DNA of 63,669 bases, filler included, from Asterionella formosa (lineage: Eukaryota): NCBI GenBank assembly GCA_002256025.1. It is 26 parts of 26 records of this genome, joined end to end, with 100 filler letters (N's around TTAATTAATTAA, not from the genome) between each part and the next. Parts side by side here need not be neighbours in the genome. Positions count along the whole stretch, not along the records: positions 36,862 to 39,214 come from NKIB01015396.1; positions 39,315 to 41,664 come from NKIB01015398.1; positions 41,765 to 44,114 come from NKIB01015399.1; positions 44,215 to 46,563 come from NKIB01015400.1; positions 46,664 to 49,010 come from NKIB01015401.1; positions 49,111 to 51,456 come from NKIB01015402.1; 20 more parts are not named here. One strand, given 5' to 3'. The position numbers and the translations under genes were made by a program. This document shows, piece by piece, positions 36,762-50,273 of this stretch (positions within the stretch are counted from its first letter, which is position 1; every line of letters starts with the position of its first letter). The notes under the pieces are model-generated. The model worked only from the letters and a program-made list of their open reading frames with translations. It was not told the DNA's origin and ran no database searches.

Positions 36762-38362
36762 NNNNNNNNNNNNNNNNNNNNNNNNNNNNNNNNNNNNNNN
36801 NNNNNTTAATTAATTAANNNNNNNNNNNNNNNNNNNNNNNNNNNNNNNNNNNNNNNNNNNNATTTAGTTTATTTAGATTTCCTCCTCATTATTATTATGG
36901 CCAACAACCTGAGCAGCATTTGTTTGGAGTTAGACAGATATTTGCAATTCTTTCTTATATTTTATGTTAGCAAGATTGGGATAAAAAAATTATAGTATGA
37001 TGACTTGTTGGAGAAAATGAGTGTGTTGGGTCGATTACAGAGAAAGAAGAGACCCTGATGACGGTTGGAATGGCATCATAGGTATTCTGAATGTAAGGGG
37101 TACCAGGTAGTATACCATGGTTACATCCCACTATGGACAGTATATGCATGCTTTTGTTGTGAACAAATCACCCATCAATTATGTAATTGCTGTAAGTCTT
37201 GCTTCTCCTTACCCAGGTTGAAGTACTACCGGTACTTCTCCAGAAGTGCTACTACAGTCAAAATTGCCAGAAAAGACAAAAATCTTTGTTTCACAATTGT
37301 TTGATTGTGATTCATATACATGAATGCCCTCTGTCGAAATATCATTTGAAATGTAGTTTGATTGAAACATGTTAACTCCAACTTGTTTCAGAAACGAATT
37401 GTTCTTTATTCCTTGGAGGTGAAGTTCTTCTTTCTTCCTTTAGGAGGTGAAGTGAACTAGATTCCATCCACTTTACTATTTATATGCGAGTTAGCCTAGC
37501 CATCCAACTCAGTAGGTAGTTTCTATGACATTGAAATCTTTATTGAAGACTTCTTTCAGGTACATCCAATAGAAAACAACACATCTTCCTCGTAGGGTAC
37601 TTTTAGACAGCTCAACTGTTCAATCAATCTCAGTTTAAGGTAAGGTCAACCTTCTAGGTCGAACAACAACCTCCTATCAACACCATCTAAGGAGAGTTTT
37701 TACCACCAGTAGTAACACAACTCTCTTTCCTTCATGGATTTTAACCTTCAGAATTGTTCTTTACCAAATATCTGAAGGTTAACAAACTAAAAAGTGCTTT
37801 GTCATTGGTCCATCACAATGCTACTTGGGAAAATTACAATGCTCACACACTCATAACCTAATTAGGAATTAGGAATCTCTGGTGCAATGTCACACTTTAC
37901 CTGTATGTTGTACCCATCCACAGATGCTGACTCTCAGAGATATCATGAAGAAGGTAATCCTCCAGCCACCACATCACCATGACTTTGTTGAGACTGTCAT
38001 GGGACTGGCTGAGCATCTGGGTATATTGCAATGCTCATCCATTCCGACAAGACAATATCTGTGAGTCACCTTTTTTAGCTAGGAGAACAAGCAAGGAATC
38101 TGCTGGACTGAAGGTACATGTGTTAGCCATCATATCACAGTATTTACTGAAATCAATCAACAAGCTTCCACTCAGTGTTCATTGATCATATCTTCACTGA
38201 AAGATTCCAAACATCGACCTGGTAGGGATACTCAAAGAGGTCTGAATTGTGATGTTTAGTATGTTGTTGTTATCCTTTGTCAATGGGACCACTGGAACTT
38301 GAGAGGACAGTACAGTAACATGATTACCTATTAATTCTAATTGGACTCTTTTTGTTTCAAAG

Positions 38363-38555
38363 TGAAGTATTCTTTAACTAGAAGTAGTAGTATTTGTTGA
38401 ATATATGAGTTAATCCTTGTGTGCAACTCATTCTCTAAGTCAACACCAAACTATACAAATTAGGGGTTACCGGTAGTCAAGTTCTCTCATTATTGAGTTC
38501 TGAATGATATAACTCTAACCCTATACACATCTGTATTGATGCATGGGATTGCTCA
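38363..38555 (-). mobile_element. Isolated copy of the Gypsy LTR
   Basis: Homologous to 47716-47910; starts exactly at TGAGCAAT; no TSD recognised. Confidence 0.8.
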
Positions 38556-39447
38556 CCGTCTAACCGGTGTATCTAGCAGCTACAATATACCGATTTCCAG
38601 CATCATGGGAGTACTGGTACCAGCCAGGGTACTGCTAGTTAGGTGAAGGAGAATACCGGTATCATTGTTCGGTTCGTGCTGACTTCTTCTCACTGCCACC
38701 ATCAAATGCGGGTGCAGCTAAAATATTTTACATTCTCTCGCCATTGTACATATGTACCGGTATATGATGCATAATTATTGTATTGTCTTATTATAGCCAT
38801 CAATTGACTAACTAAAATTATCATCTTTTCAGGTACATCTTTATGTGTATTGCACTACCAGTAGACGCCATAAAATCTTTATTATGGAAATGATGCATGG
38901 TCTATGTCGTCCTCACACACATCAGCTCCATCCAATCTTCCTTTTCCTCTTGGCTGTTCGCTCACTTTTATTCGACGTCGTATGTTAATTATATTACTGC
39001 AACCATTCGCACATTGCCATTTCTTACAACCAACTCACCTCACCTCAACTCGAACACACACAACAATAAAGCAACAGCAACAGCAACAGCAACAACATGT
39101 ACTCGAGTCATGAAGGAAGAGCCACGCAAGTACTGTTAGTCATTATCCTTTCCAGTGTTCTGTGTCCTACGTTTTTACTCTTGCCCATGACTATCCAGGC
39201 CTTTGTTCCGTCGANNNNNNNNNNNNNNNNNNNNNNNNNNNNNNNNNNNNNNNNNNNNTTAATTAATTAANNNNNNNNNNNNNNNNNNNNNNNNNNNNNN
39301 NNNNNNNNNNNNNNCATTGATAAAATGGGCAATTGAAAGTCATCGTAAAAGGAATCCTAATTAGTCTTATGCTTTCTTAGCTAAATAAATTTTGTTTTCA
39401 TGATGCCGATCGACTGAAGCGAAATGAGGGGTCAATCGCTGCATTTC

Positions 39448-39541
39448 GATTTTCAACTTCATCATCTCTCAGCGAATGTTGACAGCATTCCAGACTTACA
39501 ATGCTGTCAACATTCGCTGAGAGATGAAGAAGTCGAAAATC
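39448..39541. repeat. Long hairpin: 42-bp stem (2 mismatches, inner 28 bp perfect), 10-nt loop
   Basis: tcatctctcagcgaatgttgacagcatt-ccagacttac-aatgctgtcaacattcgctgagagatga. Confidence 0.95.
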
Positions 39542-41764
39542 TCAAGGCGTGTCGATTTCATAATTTCGGAGATTCATCACTCGTATGTCTGTTCGTAAAA
39601 ACCGTCGTAGGATTTTTCCCCCTGTGATCACAATACCACGGTAAAGCTAGCACAGTTAACAATACAACTTCAACATAAATATCACATCTCCGGAATCGTG
39701 ATCAATGTCCTTCATTTGTCTTGATTGCTTCGTTTTTTCTCTTGCAGCACCTCACAGGTTGATTGTAGTGTTTAGGCGGTCGCCCGGAGGAGCTGAGGGA
39801 ATTGATTGTGCACAGTGTCCCCGATGTGACACTCAACCTGAGTAGTAACTTTCCAATAGTACCGGTAAGTGACAACAAGCAGACCGGATATTGAAACACA
39901 ACTTTGTCCACCAGAATATAACTCAAGTTTTCCTTTTTCGTATCTCCTCTTTCTTGCAGAGGAGCTATAACGAGAATACGAGAATGGGTTGGTTTGCAAG
40001 AAACTGGTGTAATGAAAATCTAAGAACGATCCTTCAAGGCGGACATTGGCAATCAAACAAGGAACCAATCGTTAACCATTTCAAGCAACGCTACAATCAA
40101 CTGAGCAGCAGGGACAGGGGAAGCAACAAATGAGTAGTTCAATAGACAGGCGTAGTGATGGAGGTGTGAAAAATTGCGATTCGCAGATGGATTCTTGTTC
40201 GGAGATCAATTTTTGAAATTCCATGGCATGCAAATCGCCTAGCAAATGGCTTACGGATCCGTCAGATTGTAAAGTGCCTCAAAACATATGATAGTATCTG
40301 GTTATTAGTTCTATTGTTTGTTATGATTATACATGTTCAATAGTTCACCAACGCAACCAAAAGCACCGCCATTGTCAGTCAGCTGGTTGATTTAACATTG
40401 CTAGTGGTTTTCTCGTGATATATTGTGCTCGAGGGGTATCTTAATGGCCGATTTTTCCAAAATAAGAAAGGAGTAACCTAAAGTAATATAGAATTTGTTG
40501 AGAGGCTCCACTAAAACTTCGGTGAAAGTCGAAAGAGAAGTATTAGCTATAGGGAAAACAGGCTAAAACAACCCGGAAAATACAGATGTTTGCCTACGGC
40601 GAAGGTTGCATGTGGATGTCAGGGTTGGCATGGAGAGATCATAATAGATCTACTCTCAGTTGCTGGAACTTGCTGTGTTTTCTTAAATTACAGTACCACA
40701 TCGAGACCCTCTGTGCAAGTGTGGCAATTGTCAGTCTTTGGTTGATTAATCTCTTCATGGCAACAGTGCAGCAATGTTCCCAGGTCCAGATATTCATGTT
40801 ATCTTTTGCAATTAGGAATGAAAGAGCTATGTATTGGCATTTTTGTTGGATGTTCCAGGCGTGATGATGGCTGCTGTCATCTTCTTGGTTAAGTGGGATT
40901 AGATTATGAATCCATGGGAGGTATCCAGAACTGGAGTTATTTGCTTGCCTGAGTATTTCTATTTATTTTGTGATTGAATTCAGGGTGGATTCCTTTGGTA
41001 GAGGGTTGATTAGTCTCTTGGCTTCAGGAGAGTCCCATTATCTTTTCCTGTTGCTAGATGTCGCTCGTTGTTGCTGCTGAGTTGAGTGGATGATTGTTAC
41101 AGGGGTGATGATGACTCAAATGATGAAACCTCTATCTGGATGATGTTGCTCAGTCCCAAGTCGAAAACTTAGGACAAAAAACAGTAGATAGTTCTGATGA
41201 AACATCAGCTCCCCCTCTAGCTTTCATTCCCTCCATAAAATCATATCTATGATAGCATGCAAATAGGATCAAGGGAATCATACGCTAAGTGGCACAGGAT
41301 TTTCATATATATGATAATTTCTGCATCAAAACTATGATCAAAGTATCCTGTAACAATAATGATTTATTAATATTTAAACAAGCTTGAAGTATTAAGATAA
41401 TAAGAACATTATCATCACACATTGTATATCAACTGATCAACAACATTTCTTATCAATATCATAAACCTTCTCATTTTATTTTCACTTCTTGTGATTGCCA
41501 AAAAAATTATCACTACAACGCATCCTAAAATCAGCTAAACTCCTATGCAGCTACAGTAACAATGAGAAGAATTGACTTGCTAGCTAGTCATGTTACACTG
41601 ACACAACATCACGCCATTCCATTGTATCCTCTTGCTTGTTTCACTTACCACAAATCAAAGCAACNNNNNNNNNNNNNNNNNNNNNNNNNNNNNNNNNNNN
41701 NNNNNNNNTTAATTAATTAANNNNNNNNNNNNNNNNNNNNNNNNNNNNNNNNNNNNNNNNNNNN

Positions 41765-44114
41765 GACAAGATAGACAGACCTGGTGTCATGAGGACACCC
41801 AGATACATATATCTGTCCACAACAGGGAGTGGAAGTCCCTCCAGTTCCAGTCCAGCCACATCTTGTCCAGGGACAAGCGGTTCGGTGGCCGAACCTGGGT
41901 CTGGCGGTAGGAATTCCATCAGCCCGCACTTCCCTATGCCCACACTCATCTCGTTAGCTGTAACCCAGTTGGTAACGTGCGTACAGAACCGTTTGGCCGC
42001 CTCCAGGGAGGGGCAGATTCCGGCCGCATCATCAGCAAAGAGGGTACACCCTACTGTCAGTGTGGAGTTCCGCCATGTGCGACTGTCCCCAGTTGGTACC
42101 AGGGCACCGCTCTCCTCCGTCCCCACTGCCAAGTCATCAATGAAGATGTTGAACAGTATAGGCGAAAGAGGGCAACCCTGCCGCACACCTTGCAGCAGTC
42201 TGCAGGGGTCCGAGTAAAGGGCAGTCAAGCCACCCTCCACTCGTACCCTGATTGTACTGCTGCGATAAAGGGCACGTAGAAAAGCGAGGCAACGTCCCCT
42301 GATCCCAAACCGGGATAGTTTCGCAAAGAGCGCCTCGTGGGGCACCGTATCATATGCCTTCTTGAGGTCTACGAATACCACGTAGGTCGGCTCTCCCACT
42401 ATCCTCCGGCGTTGTATGATTTCCATGACACAGGCCACCTGGGTTACACATTCCTCTCTCTGGCGAAAGCCCGCCTGGGCTCGGCTAAACAGCCCTCGAG
42501 ATTCCGCTTCCACATTTATCCTGGTACCAAGGATCACACACACCAACTTGAGGACAGTGGCCATGAGCGAAATCCCCCGATAGTTGTTCATATCAGCCAA
42601 GTCCCCTTTCTTAGGTATTGAGATGACCAGTGACTCAGCCCATGACTGGGCCACCAGTCCCCTCTCATACGCAAAGTTGAGTAGGGTTCCTAGTGAGTCC
42701 GTCATTGGAGCGGATGGTGGCGGGGTGGTCTCCTACGATGGCTCTTCATCTTCCTCAGGGCAGTCCAAATATCGGAGGTTGTGAAGGGTTCGTCCAGCGA
42801 ACGGATCCCCTCATTTGCCTGTGGGTGTGGGTCAAATTTCTCCCAATATTGGGCCTCCTGGCTATGACCGGTTTCATCTACTGCTAGAGAGGCATAGTGC
42901 GCTCCCCAGGCCTGATGAATATCAGTCAAAGCTGTCAGCAGGCGTCCATCTGGGCCAAGGACCGGTTGGACCCCTGCGATGCTGCTCTTCTGGCGCCATC
43001 CTGCAGTCGCTGAGGCCCACCGCCAATAATGGCGAGGTTTCTCGCGCATATTGACGTGAGCCTCCCTAATTTCCTTATACCATGCCCGCCTACCCGAGAG
43101 GCGGATCACCTTCCGCGCCCTCTCTTTGGCAGCCTTGTACATGTCCCCAAGCCGTGCTACATCTTCACGGTCTCCTCGCGACTCCGCCCTCCGGGTTTCC
43201 CGGAAGATCCTCCTTCGGGTCTCAATCGCCCGACGTACCTGTCCTGTCACTCTTGGTGGGTTTTGTCCCGCCACCCGTTGGTGGAGGTTCAGGTCCTCTG
43301 CCACCTGGTGACATGTTGTAGTGAACTTCTTGGCCATACCATCCAACCTTTCCTGGTGGTAACTGGTGGGGTTTTCAAGTGAATGTGAGCACTCGATTAC
43401 ATCCTCCAGGTCCTCTTCCAGCGAGTCAGCTAGTGGCTGCCAATAGTTACTACTAGCCACGGTTACTTTGAGTTCCTTCTCTTCCATCACAATCCGCCGG
43501 TACAGTGATTCCGGCCGTGGTGGGGCAATCCCCATATCTGGGATTCTGGTAAGCCCAGGTAGGTCCGCAACAACTGGGAAGTGGTCCGAAATATCCCATG
43601 TGTCGAGGACCCTGGCAGGGGGGACAGCCGCCACTGTGTCACCACAATATGTGATGAAATCAATGGCAGGTGTTGGCTGTCCCTCCCGCCGGCTTTGGCG
43701 AGTGGAGGCCCCCCCTCGGATGGGTAACACCCGAAAGGGAAGCCGCCACGGTCCCATCAGAATCTGCAACTCCGTCATCTTCATGTTGAAGTCTCCCATC
43801 ATCACAATGGGATCTTCTGGAAACTCCCGATGCAGAGCGTCCAAGGCTCGGGGCAGGGCCCTGAGCACTCGGATGCGATCCGCTCTGCATGGGACATAAA
43901 TTGTTCCCACGAGAATAGGCCTCAAGAGGGTGGCCCCATAGACTCTCGCAAAAGTCCAAAATGGTGTGGCCTTACCAACTGGGGTACAGTTGAATTTGGT
44001 CGACACCAGTATTGCCACACCTCGCTGCGACGCTGTCAGGTCCCCCATTGCTGTGAGGCAATGGTAACCTGGCAAACGAAGCTGCCAATCCGTTGATCGG
44101 AGCAGCGTCTCCTG
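41765..44114 (-). mobile_element. Non-LTR retrotransposon ORF2 (APE endonuclease + RT), frameshift/deletion near 42700-42740
   Basis: QET, RGVAILV, MGDFN, IDFI, SDHFPV (APE); IPKKGD..NYRGISL, QAGFR, DLKKAYD, GVRQGCPLSP, FADD, YLGV (RT); the expected KAPGxDG motif is missing at the break. Confidence 0.95.
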
Positions 44115-44221
44115 NNNNNNNNNNNNNNNNNNNNNNNNNNNNNNNNNNNNNNNNNNNNTTAATTAATTAANNNNNNNNNNNNNNNNNNNNNNNNNNNNNN
44201 NNNNNNNNNNNNNNCCCCCCG

Positions 44222-44268
<47 letters not shown>

Positions 44269-46663
44269 CTACCCCATCGTCAATGTGCATGTTCCGCCAG
44301 CGTAGCGTTTACACAATACACATGCCGGCATATATATAGCTATACCAAGGAAAAACGACACAACAATGAACGTGATGGCTGGTTGTTGAGGGATACTGGT
44401 ATGTGATATGCATCAATCCATATCACAAATCATATTATGGTGAGCGATGTACATATCAATGCATCCGTATACTTAGATCCTATCCACTGTATAATACTAT
44501 CAAATTTACTGTTGGCTCTTACTGCATACATTAAAAGTCGAATTTATATATTAAGTAACATACTTAATGATTGATTATTTTATTTTCTATGATGTATTGA
44601 TAACACTTGCATACATATTTTATCGTTTTTTATCATTGTATTATTATAACATGATCATATTTTGATCCAAATTATATCATAAACATTTTAAGAAATCATC
44701 ACAGTTCTATGATCAATAATCATAGCTATATGATATACTTTATTCAATATTATGTATCATACTTTGGTGATGTATGCATCGATGTAACCCTATTGTGATA
44801 TCACATTATCATCTTATCAATCATGATGAGATGATTGGGAACTGTAGTATTCTGCATCGTACTACGGAGTATGATATTATAACACGCACTTTAGTAGCTA
44901 AGTCACTCCTGTAATATACACAAGTCAACAGTGCACCTACACACATGCTAATCAGGTTTGAGGCAATTGACAGTGGTTCCAACGAGTGAATGACGATACC
45001 ACGGGTACCAACTTTTCCAGCAGCAAACCGCAATGATGAAGGACACTTGTCCCTATATTGATGAGGATGACACAGACACCGACTTTTCCAGGAGCAAACA
45101 ACAATGAAGAGACACACTTGTCGCTCTATTGATGGTAACAAAGATGCGTACAGGCTCAACAGTGAATACAAGAACATCATACCAATGTAAAAAAGTCGAC
45201 AGTGTGTGTATGCACACGCCAAGCAGGTTTGAGGCAACGGACAGTTCCAACAAGCAAATGACGATACAGATATCAAAATTTTCCTACGAGCAAACAACAA
45301 TGAAGCGAGCGACTTGCTTTCGCTCTCTTGATGATATCAAAGATGCGGACAAGTTCAATAGAAGATACAAGTACATCATGCCAAATGCGGAAACGAGCGA
45401 CATGAACAAGAAATTGTAATCAGAATCATTCTATAACTATAGCTATGTGGATAGTAGTCTGTTACATTTTCGTATCTCCTTTTATGCTGAATCTCAATAG
45501 TAGATGTAGTATAATGTAAGAATATTGAAAATGTCAACGAGAACAAGTAGAATGTGTTTGTTTAAGGGTTGATTGGCAAGATTTCAATGCTGGTGGTCGA
45601 CGAAACCGATTCACAACGTGCGCTGTGTGCGGAACCATTATGAGTTCGAATAATTTCTTCTCTGTAAACTCTTAATTGAATGATTATGAACAAAGGTTCA
45701 CTGCACATGATGATTACTCAAAGATATAATGATCACTTGATCAACAATTGAAGACGTTATCGCAAACAATCATTTCAATTGTCATCGCTAGTATTTCGTT
45801 GTTGTTGCAAAAATCGGAGTGATGAATGATGGAGATGATGATCCAAATTACATTACTTTAGCTGCTACATTACTATCCTACCAAGAAATTCGAATACAGA
45901 AATCTAATAGAAACAATACATATAATAATTAAATATATGTAGTCAAAAGGGTTACTATTTAAATTACAAGGGCATTAAGGTTCCTGCATTTGAACCCCTA
46001 GGCAAAAATTAAAATATTGCTTAGGGTTGCCGAAATTCCCTGGAACTAAGAATTTTATGTGCTAATTTGAATATCAATGATTCAGTTTGAAATATTCAAA
46101 TGAGTGGAAATTTGCGCGTACGTGTATAGATTCCATTTCAAATGCATTAAATATGTATAAATAGATTCTCCATCGCTGAATGTTTTATATTGCTTTTCTA
46201 CCAATAGTAACACCTACTCGTATCAACAAATATGTTTCACATTCACGACCCGGCGGCTCCGAAAAATATTTGAATGTGCATACTGACGGTAGTAACGTAC
46301 TGGTAAGCGTGCACTACCTCGTACTATGACCAATGATGATCAGCTACCTGGTACCAGGTACCGGTTGGTCTACCCGGTACTCGGTATTCCTACTCCGTAC
46401 GGATATGGTTTTCGGATAGGTCTACCCGGTATTTACTATTCCTACTCCGTACGGATACCGGTATACGGGTAGGATCGGCCAACACCCAAGAAAATTGCTT
46501 CATGTGTATCCAGTGTGGCCGGCGTTGGATTGCAAGACCTCGCAAACCGTGCCAATCGAACGGNNNNNNNNNNNNNNNNNNNNNNNNNNNNNNNNNNNNN
46601 NNNNNNNTTAATTAATTAANNNNNNNNNNNNNNNNNNNNNNNNNNNNNNNNNNNNNNNNNNNN

Positions 46664-47689
46664 GATACTTGGCGTATTGCTATTCCTACATCATTATTGG
46701 ATCCTATTATTAATTGGTATCATCAGATGTTAGCTCATGTGGGTATGACAAGATTAAATGCTACAATTGCTACACATTTTTATCACCCTATATTAAAAAC
46801 AAGAGTGGAACATATTGTAAGAGTATGTGAAGCATGTCAACGTACAAAATTACCTGGTACTGGTTTTGGTGAACTTCCACCCAGGAATGCATTATTATTA
46901 CCATGGTCAGAAGTCGCAGTAGATCTAATTGGTCCATGGAAGATAACAGTGGCTGCTCAAACGATTGAATTTCGTGCTCTAACTTGTATTGACACAGTCA
47001 CCAATTTAGCAGAAATTTCACGTATCATCAATAAAACATCAGAATATATTGCAATGAAATTTGAAAATGATTGGTTAGCCAGATATCCCCGTCCAGAACG
47101 TTGTATACATGACAATGGAGGTGAATTTACTGGTGCTCCTTTCTTACACATGTTAATATTGAATGGAATCAAAGATGTGACTACCACAGTAAAGAATCCA
47201 CAAGCAAATGCTATCTGTGAACGTTTCCATCAATCTATCAGCAATAGTCTACGAGTTATGTTAAAGGCTCATCCTCCAATCAATGAATTTCAAGCCCAAA
47301 ATATTGTGGATACATGTTTTGCAGCTGCGTCATATGCAGCTCGAGCTACTATTCATAGTATATTACGTATTTCACCAGGAGCATGGGTTTTCCAACGTGA
47401 TATGATATTAAATATTCCTTTGATTACAGATTTACAATTAATACATCAACGTCGACAGGTGATAATTGACGAACGTTTACGTCGTGCAAATTTCCGTCGT
47501 CGATCTTATGATTACAAAGTGGGTGACGAGATTTTAATATTATTGGATAATCCTACTACTTTGGATGATCGTGGACGAGGTCCTTATACTATTATTCAAG
47601 TACATGCCAATGGTACAGTTACTTTTCAACGCACTATGCATATTACCGAACGAATTAATATTCGTCGTATCAAACCTTTTCATAGGTAA
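46664..47689 (+). CDS. pol: Ty3/gypsy integrase (end of pol)
   Basis: HHCC (WYHQMLAH...CEACQ), AVDLIGPW, HDNGGEF, NPQANAICER, GPY motif; integrase is last in pol. Confidence 0.93.
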   Translation, partial: DTWRIAIPTSLLDPIINWYHQMLAHVGMTRLNATIATHFYHPILKTRVEHIVRVCEACQRTKLPGTGFGELPPRNALLLPWSEVAVDLIGPWKITVAAQTIEFRALTCIDTVTNLAEISRIINKTSEYIAMKFENDWLARYPRPERCIHDNGGEFTGAPFLHMLILNGIKDVTTTVKNPQANAICERFHQSISNSLRVMLKAHPPINEFQAQNIVDTCFAAASYAARATIHSILRISPGAWVFQRDMILNIPLITDLQLIHQRRQVIIDERLRRANFRRRSYDYKVGDEILILLDNPTTLDDRGRGPYTIIQVHANGTVTFQRTMHITERINIRRIKPFHR

Positions 47690-47715
47690 AAGGTTTTCCC
47701 TCAAGTGTGGGAGAG

Positions 47716-47910
47716 TGAGCAATCCTGCACATCGATACAGATATATATAGAGTTGGGGTTATGTCAAATATATCGGAATTCAATAATGAGAGAACTCGAC
47801 TAACACCCATTCTATACTTTGATGTCAGTTCAGGAAATGAGTTATACATAAGGATTAATTAATAAGCTCATATATTCAACAAATACTACTACTTCTAGTT
47901 AGATACTTCA
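47716..47910 (+). mobile_element. Gypsy 3' LTR (TGA...TCA, ~195 bp) after PPT GGGAGAG
   Basis: Purine tract then TGAGCAAT; two more copies in the window; right boundary uncertain by ~10 bp. Confidence 0.75.
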
Positions 47911-49110
47911 CCTGGTACCAGGGTACACTTGTTCATATAGCAAAGTATGTGTACCAGGTACGAGGGTACTAGGTACGGAGTACAAGGTAATCATGAGCTA
48001 TACATATCTTAGCTACCTGTACTCCTACCCAGGTAAAATGAATGCATTGTGCAATCATAGACATGTACCAGTGTGCAGCTGTAATGTGGTCGTGTAGAGA
48101 CCCTACCACCGGTAGTTAGAACCGCCGAATTCCAAAATTTTTGTGTGCGTTGCACATGTCATATCTGTACCACCAGTACTCCTCCTTCTAGGCGTAGAAT
48201 CATTCCAAAAATCAAGTATGATATTTCTCTGTGGCCTGATGGCGATATCCTTCTTTGCTCCAAGATCAGGTTTGCAAAACCCATACTGGTGGTACTCTTC
48301 CACTCCAAGATCATGTTTGTGGGCCACCTGATATTTCTTTTACCTTGTCTGTTCATCAACAATGTTCTGACTACATTGCTGATCAAACTTTGATTAAAAA
48401 TCATCAAAGACTTATGCAATATCTCAAGTGTGATATTTCCCAGTTGCATGATGGGGATACTTTTTTGCTCCAAAATCATGTTTGCAAAACCTCAATTTGC
48501 ATTTCATTTCTCCCACTCTCTAATTGTTCAGATCACACTGCTTCATTGTTCCCAGCTGCAAAAATCGCCTTTGACATGCTGATCACTGGGAATCATCTGG
48601 CTTCCACCAGCATTGCAGTTGCACCTATCTCTGCATCAATTTTGGATTTTGCAACAATTGCAATTCACATCCCTCGTCAATACCCTTGGTGTGCTTCTCT
48701 CACTATTCAAAGATCTATCCTATGATGTCACTCTTTTGGATATCATTGATGATGGTGTAGTAATCATGTTGATGCACATCATATTATGTTACAGACTTCC
48801 TTTTGCAGCATTTCATCAACATATTGCATGTGTTATTCAGGCCACCAGCAAAGAGGATCAGATAATAAATTGAAATACAAACAACATCTAAGCCGCGTAT
48901 TACGTGAAGTGACCATCACGTAAATAAGCCTAGTTGATTTTGAATGCATCACATGAATTAGTTGAATACATCAAAATACGTAGTTGAACATGTCTATATA
49001 TTATCTGAATNNNNNNNNNNNNNNNNNNNNNNNNNNNNNNNNNNNNNNNNNNNNTTAATTAATTAANNNNNNNNNNNNNNNNNNNNNNNNNNNNNNNNNN
49101 NNNNNNNNNN

Positions 49111-49956
49111 ACCCCTTATCGCTCTGGCCTGGTCTATGACCGCATTGTGCCTGATGGTGCTGAACTTTCCCCCAAAGCTCGCGCGGCCATTATTACACAA
49201 TACCAGTCACTCATTGGGGCTCTCAATTGGCTGGCTGTCAGCACACGTCCTGATGTCTCTGTGGCCCTCACTCTCCTGGCTCAGCACAACTCCTATGCCA
49301 CCCCTGCTCACCTTTTAGGTGCCAAGTATGTGTTACGATACCTGGCTGGCTCTGCCGATCATGGCATTGCCTTTACCTCGCAATTTGCTTCCTCATACCT
49401 CTCCACCACCTTTGGCTGGCCCAAGGACACTCCCACTCTCACCACTTACACCGATGCCAACTGGGGCCCCCAAGATGCTTCCAAACCCAACCCCACCGAC
49501 ATCATCTCTCTTGCCGAGTGTTGCTCCCTTCTTGGTTCCATCAGTACACGTACAGGTGGCCCCATTGCCTGGCATGTCATTCGTGAACCTCGTGTGCGCC
49601 GCAGTACCTGCGAATCTGAAATCAAATCTGCAGATGAGGGCACCAAGGTTACCCAATTCATCCGCCATATCCTTAGTGACCTCCACATGCCTGATGTAAC
49701 TCTCCCCACCCCTCTTTGGAATGACAACCGAGGTGCTGTGGACTGGTCCCACAACTGTGCTAACAAAAAGATGCGGCATATTAATATCCGCAACATGGCT
49801 GTGCGCGACGCTCACCGTTTTTCCGAAATCTTTGTCACCCACCTCCCAGGGGATACCAATGTTGCTGATCTGTTCACCAAAGAACATAAAGATGATGCCC
49901 ATTTTCTCCGCCTCCGCAATATTATTGTCCCGTCTCATGGGAATTTTCTCACTTGA
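49111..49956 (+). CDS. pol: Ty1/copia RT C-terminus + RNase H
   Basis: YQSLIGALNWLAVSTRPD; YTDANWG; STCESEI; DNRGA; MRHINIR; NVADLFTK. Confidence 0.93.
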   Translation, partial: TPYRSGLVYDRIVPDGAELSPKARAAIITQYQSLIGALNWLAVSTRPDVSVALTLLAQHNSYATPAHLLGAKYVLRYLAGSADHGIAFTSQFASSYLSTTFGWPKDTPTLTTYTDANWGPQDASKPNPTDIISLAECCSLLGSISTRTGGPIAWHVIREPRVRRSTCESEIKSADEGTKVTQFIRHILSDLHMPDVTLPTPLWNDNRGAVDWSHNCANKKMRHINIRNMAVRDAHRFSEIFVTHLPGDTNVADLFTKEHKDDAHFLRLRNIIVPSHGNFLT

Positions 49957-49962
49957 GGGGGG

Positions 49963-50133
49963 TGTTGGTACCATATACCGGTTACTCCGTATATCCTACC
50001 AAGATTCCTGTAAGTGCTTAATTCCCGTGAGTACTGGTCCCTCTACAGCTAGTTAAATACTACTTTAGAATCTCAGTTCCTTGTTAATGTAGCTGCCGCT
50101 GGCATCCGTTGCAAGCGTTTCTCCCTCTCAACA
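49963..50133 (+). mobile_element. Copia 3' LTR (171 bp, TGTTG...CAACA) after PPT GAGGGGGG
   Basis: PPT 49955-49962 overlaps the stop codon; 5-bp terminal inverted repeat. Confidence 0.85.
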
Positions 50134-50273
50134 CACACAATATCTACTGCTAATAGCTGTACCGGTAGTACTAGGGGTTCCGAGGACTCAGTCAATTATG
50201 AACATCAATTGAGAACAACAACAATCAACAATATACCTACTATGGAAGCGACCCACTGCCACATCAAAACATC

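Noticed and set aside
44930..45400. Degenerate ~200-270-bp tandem units (similar at 18800-19260 and 48100-48500)
   Set aside because: Visible but too decayed to assign boundaries or coding function.
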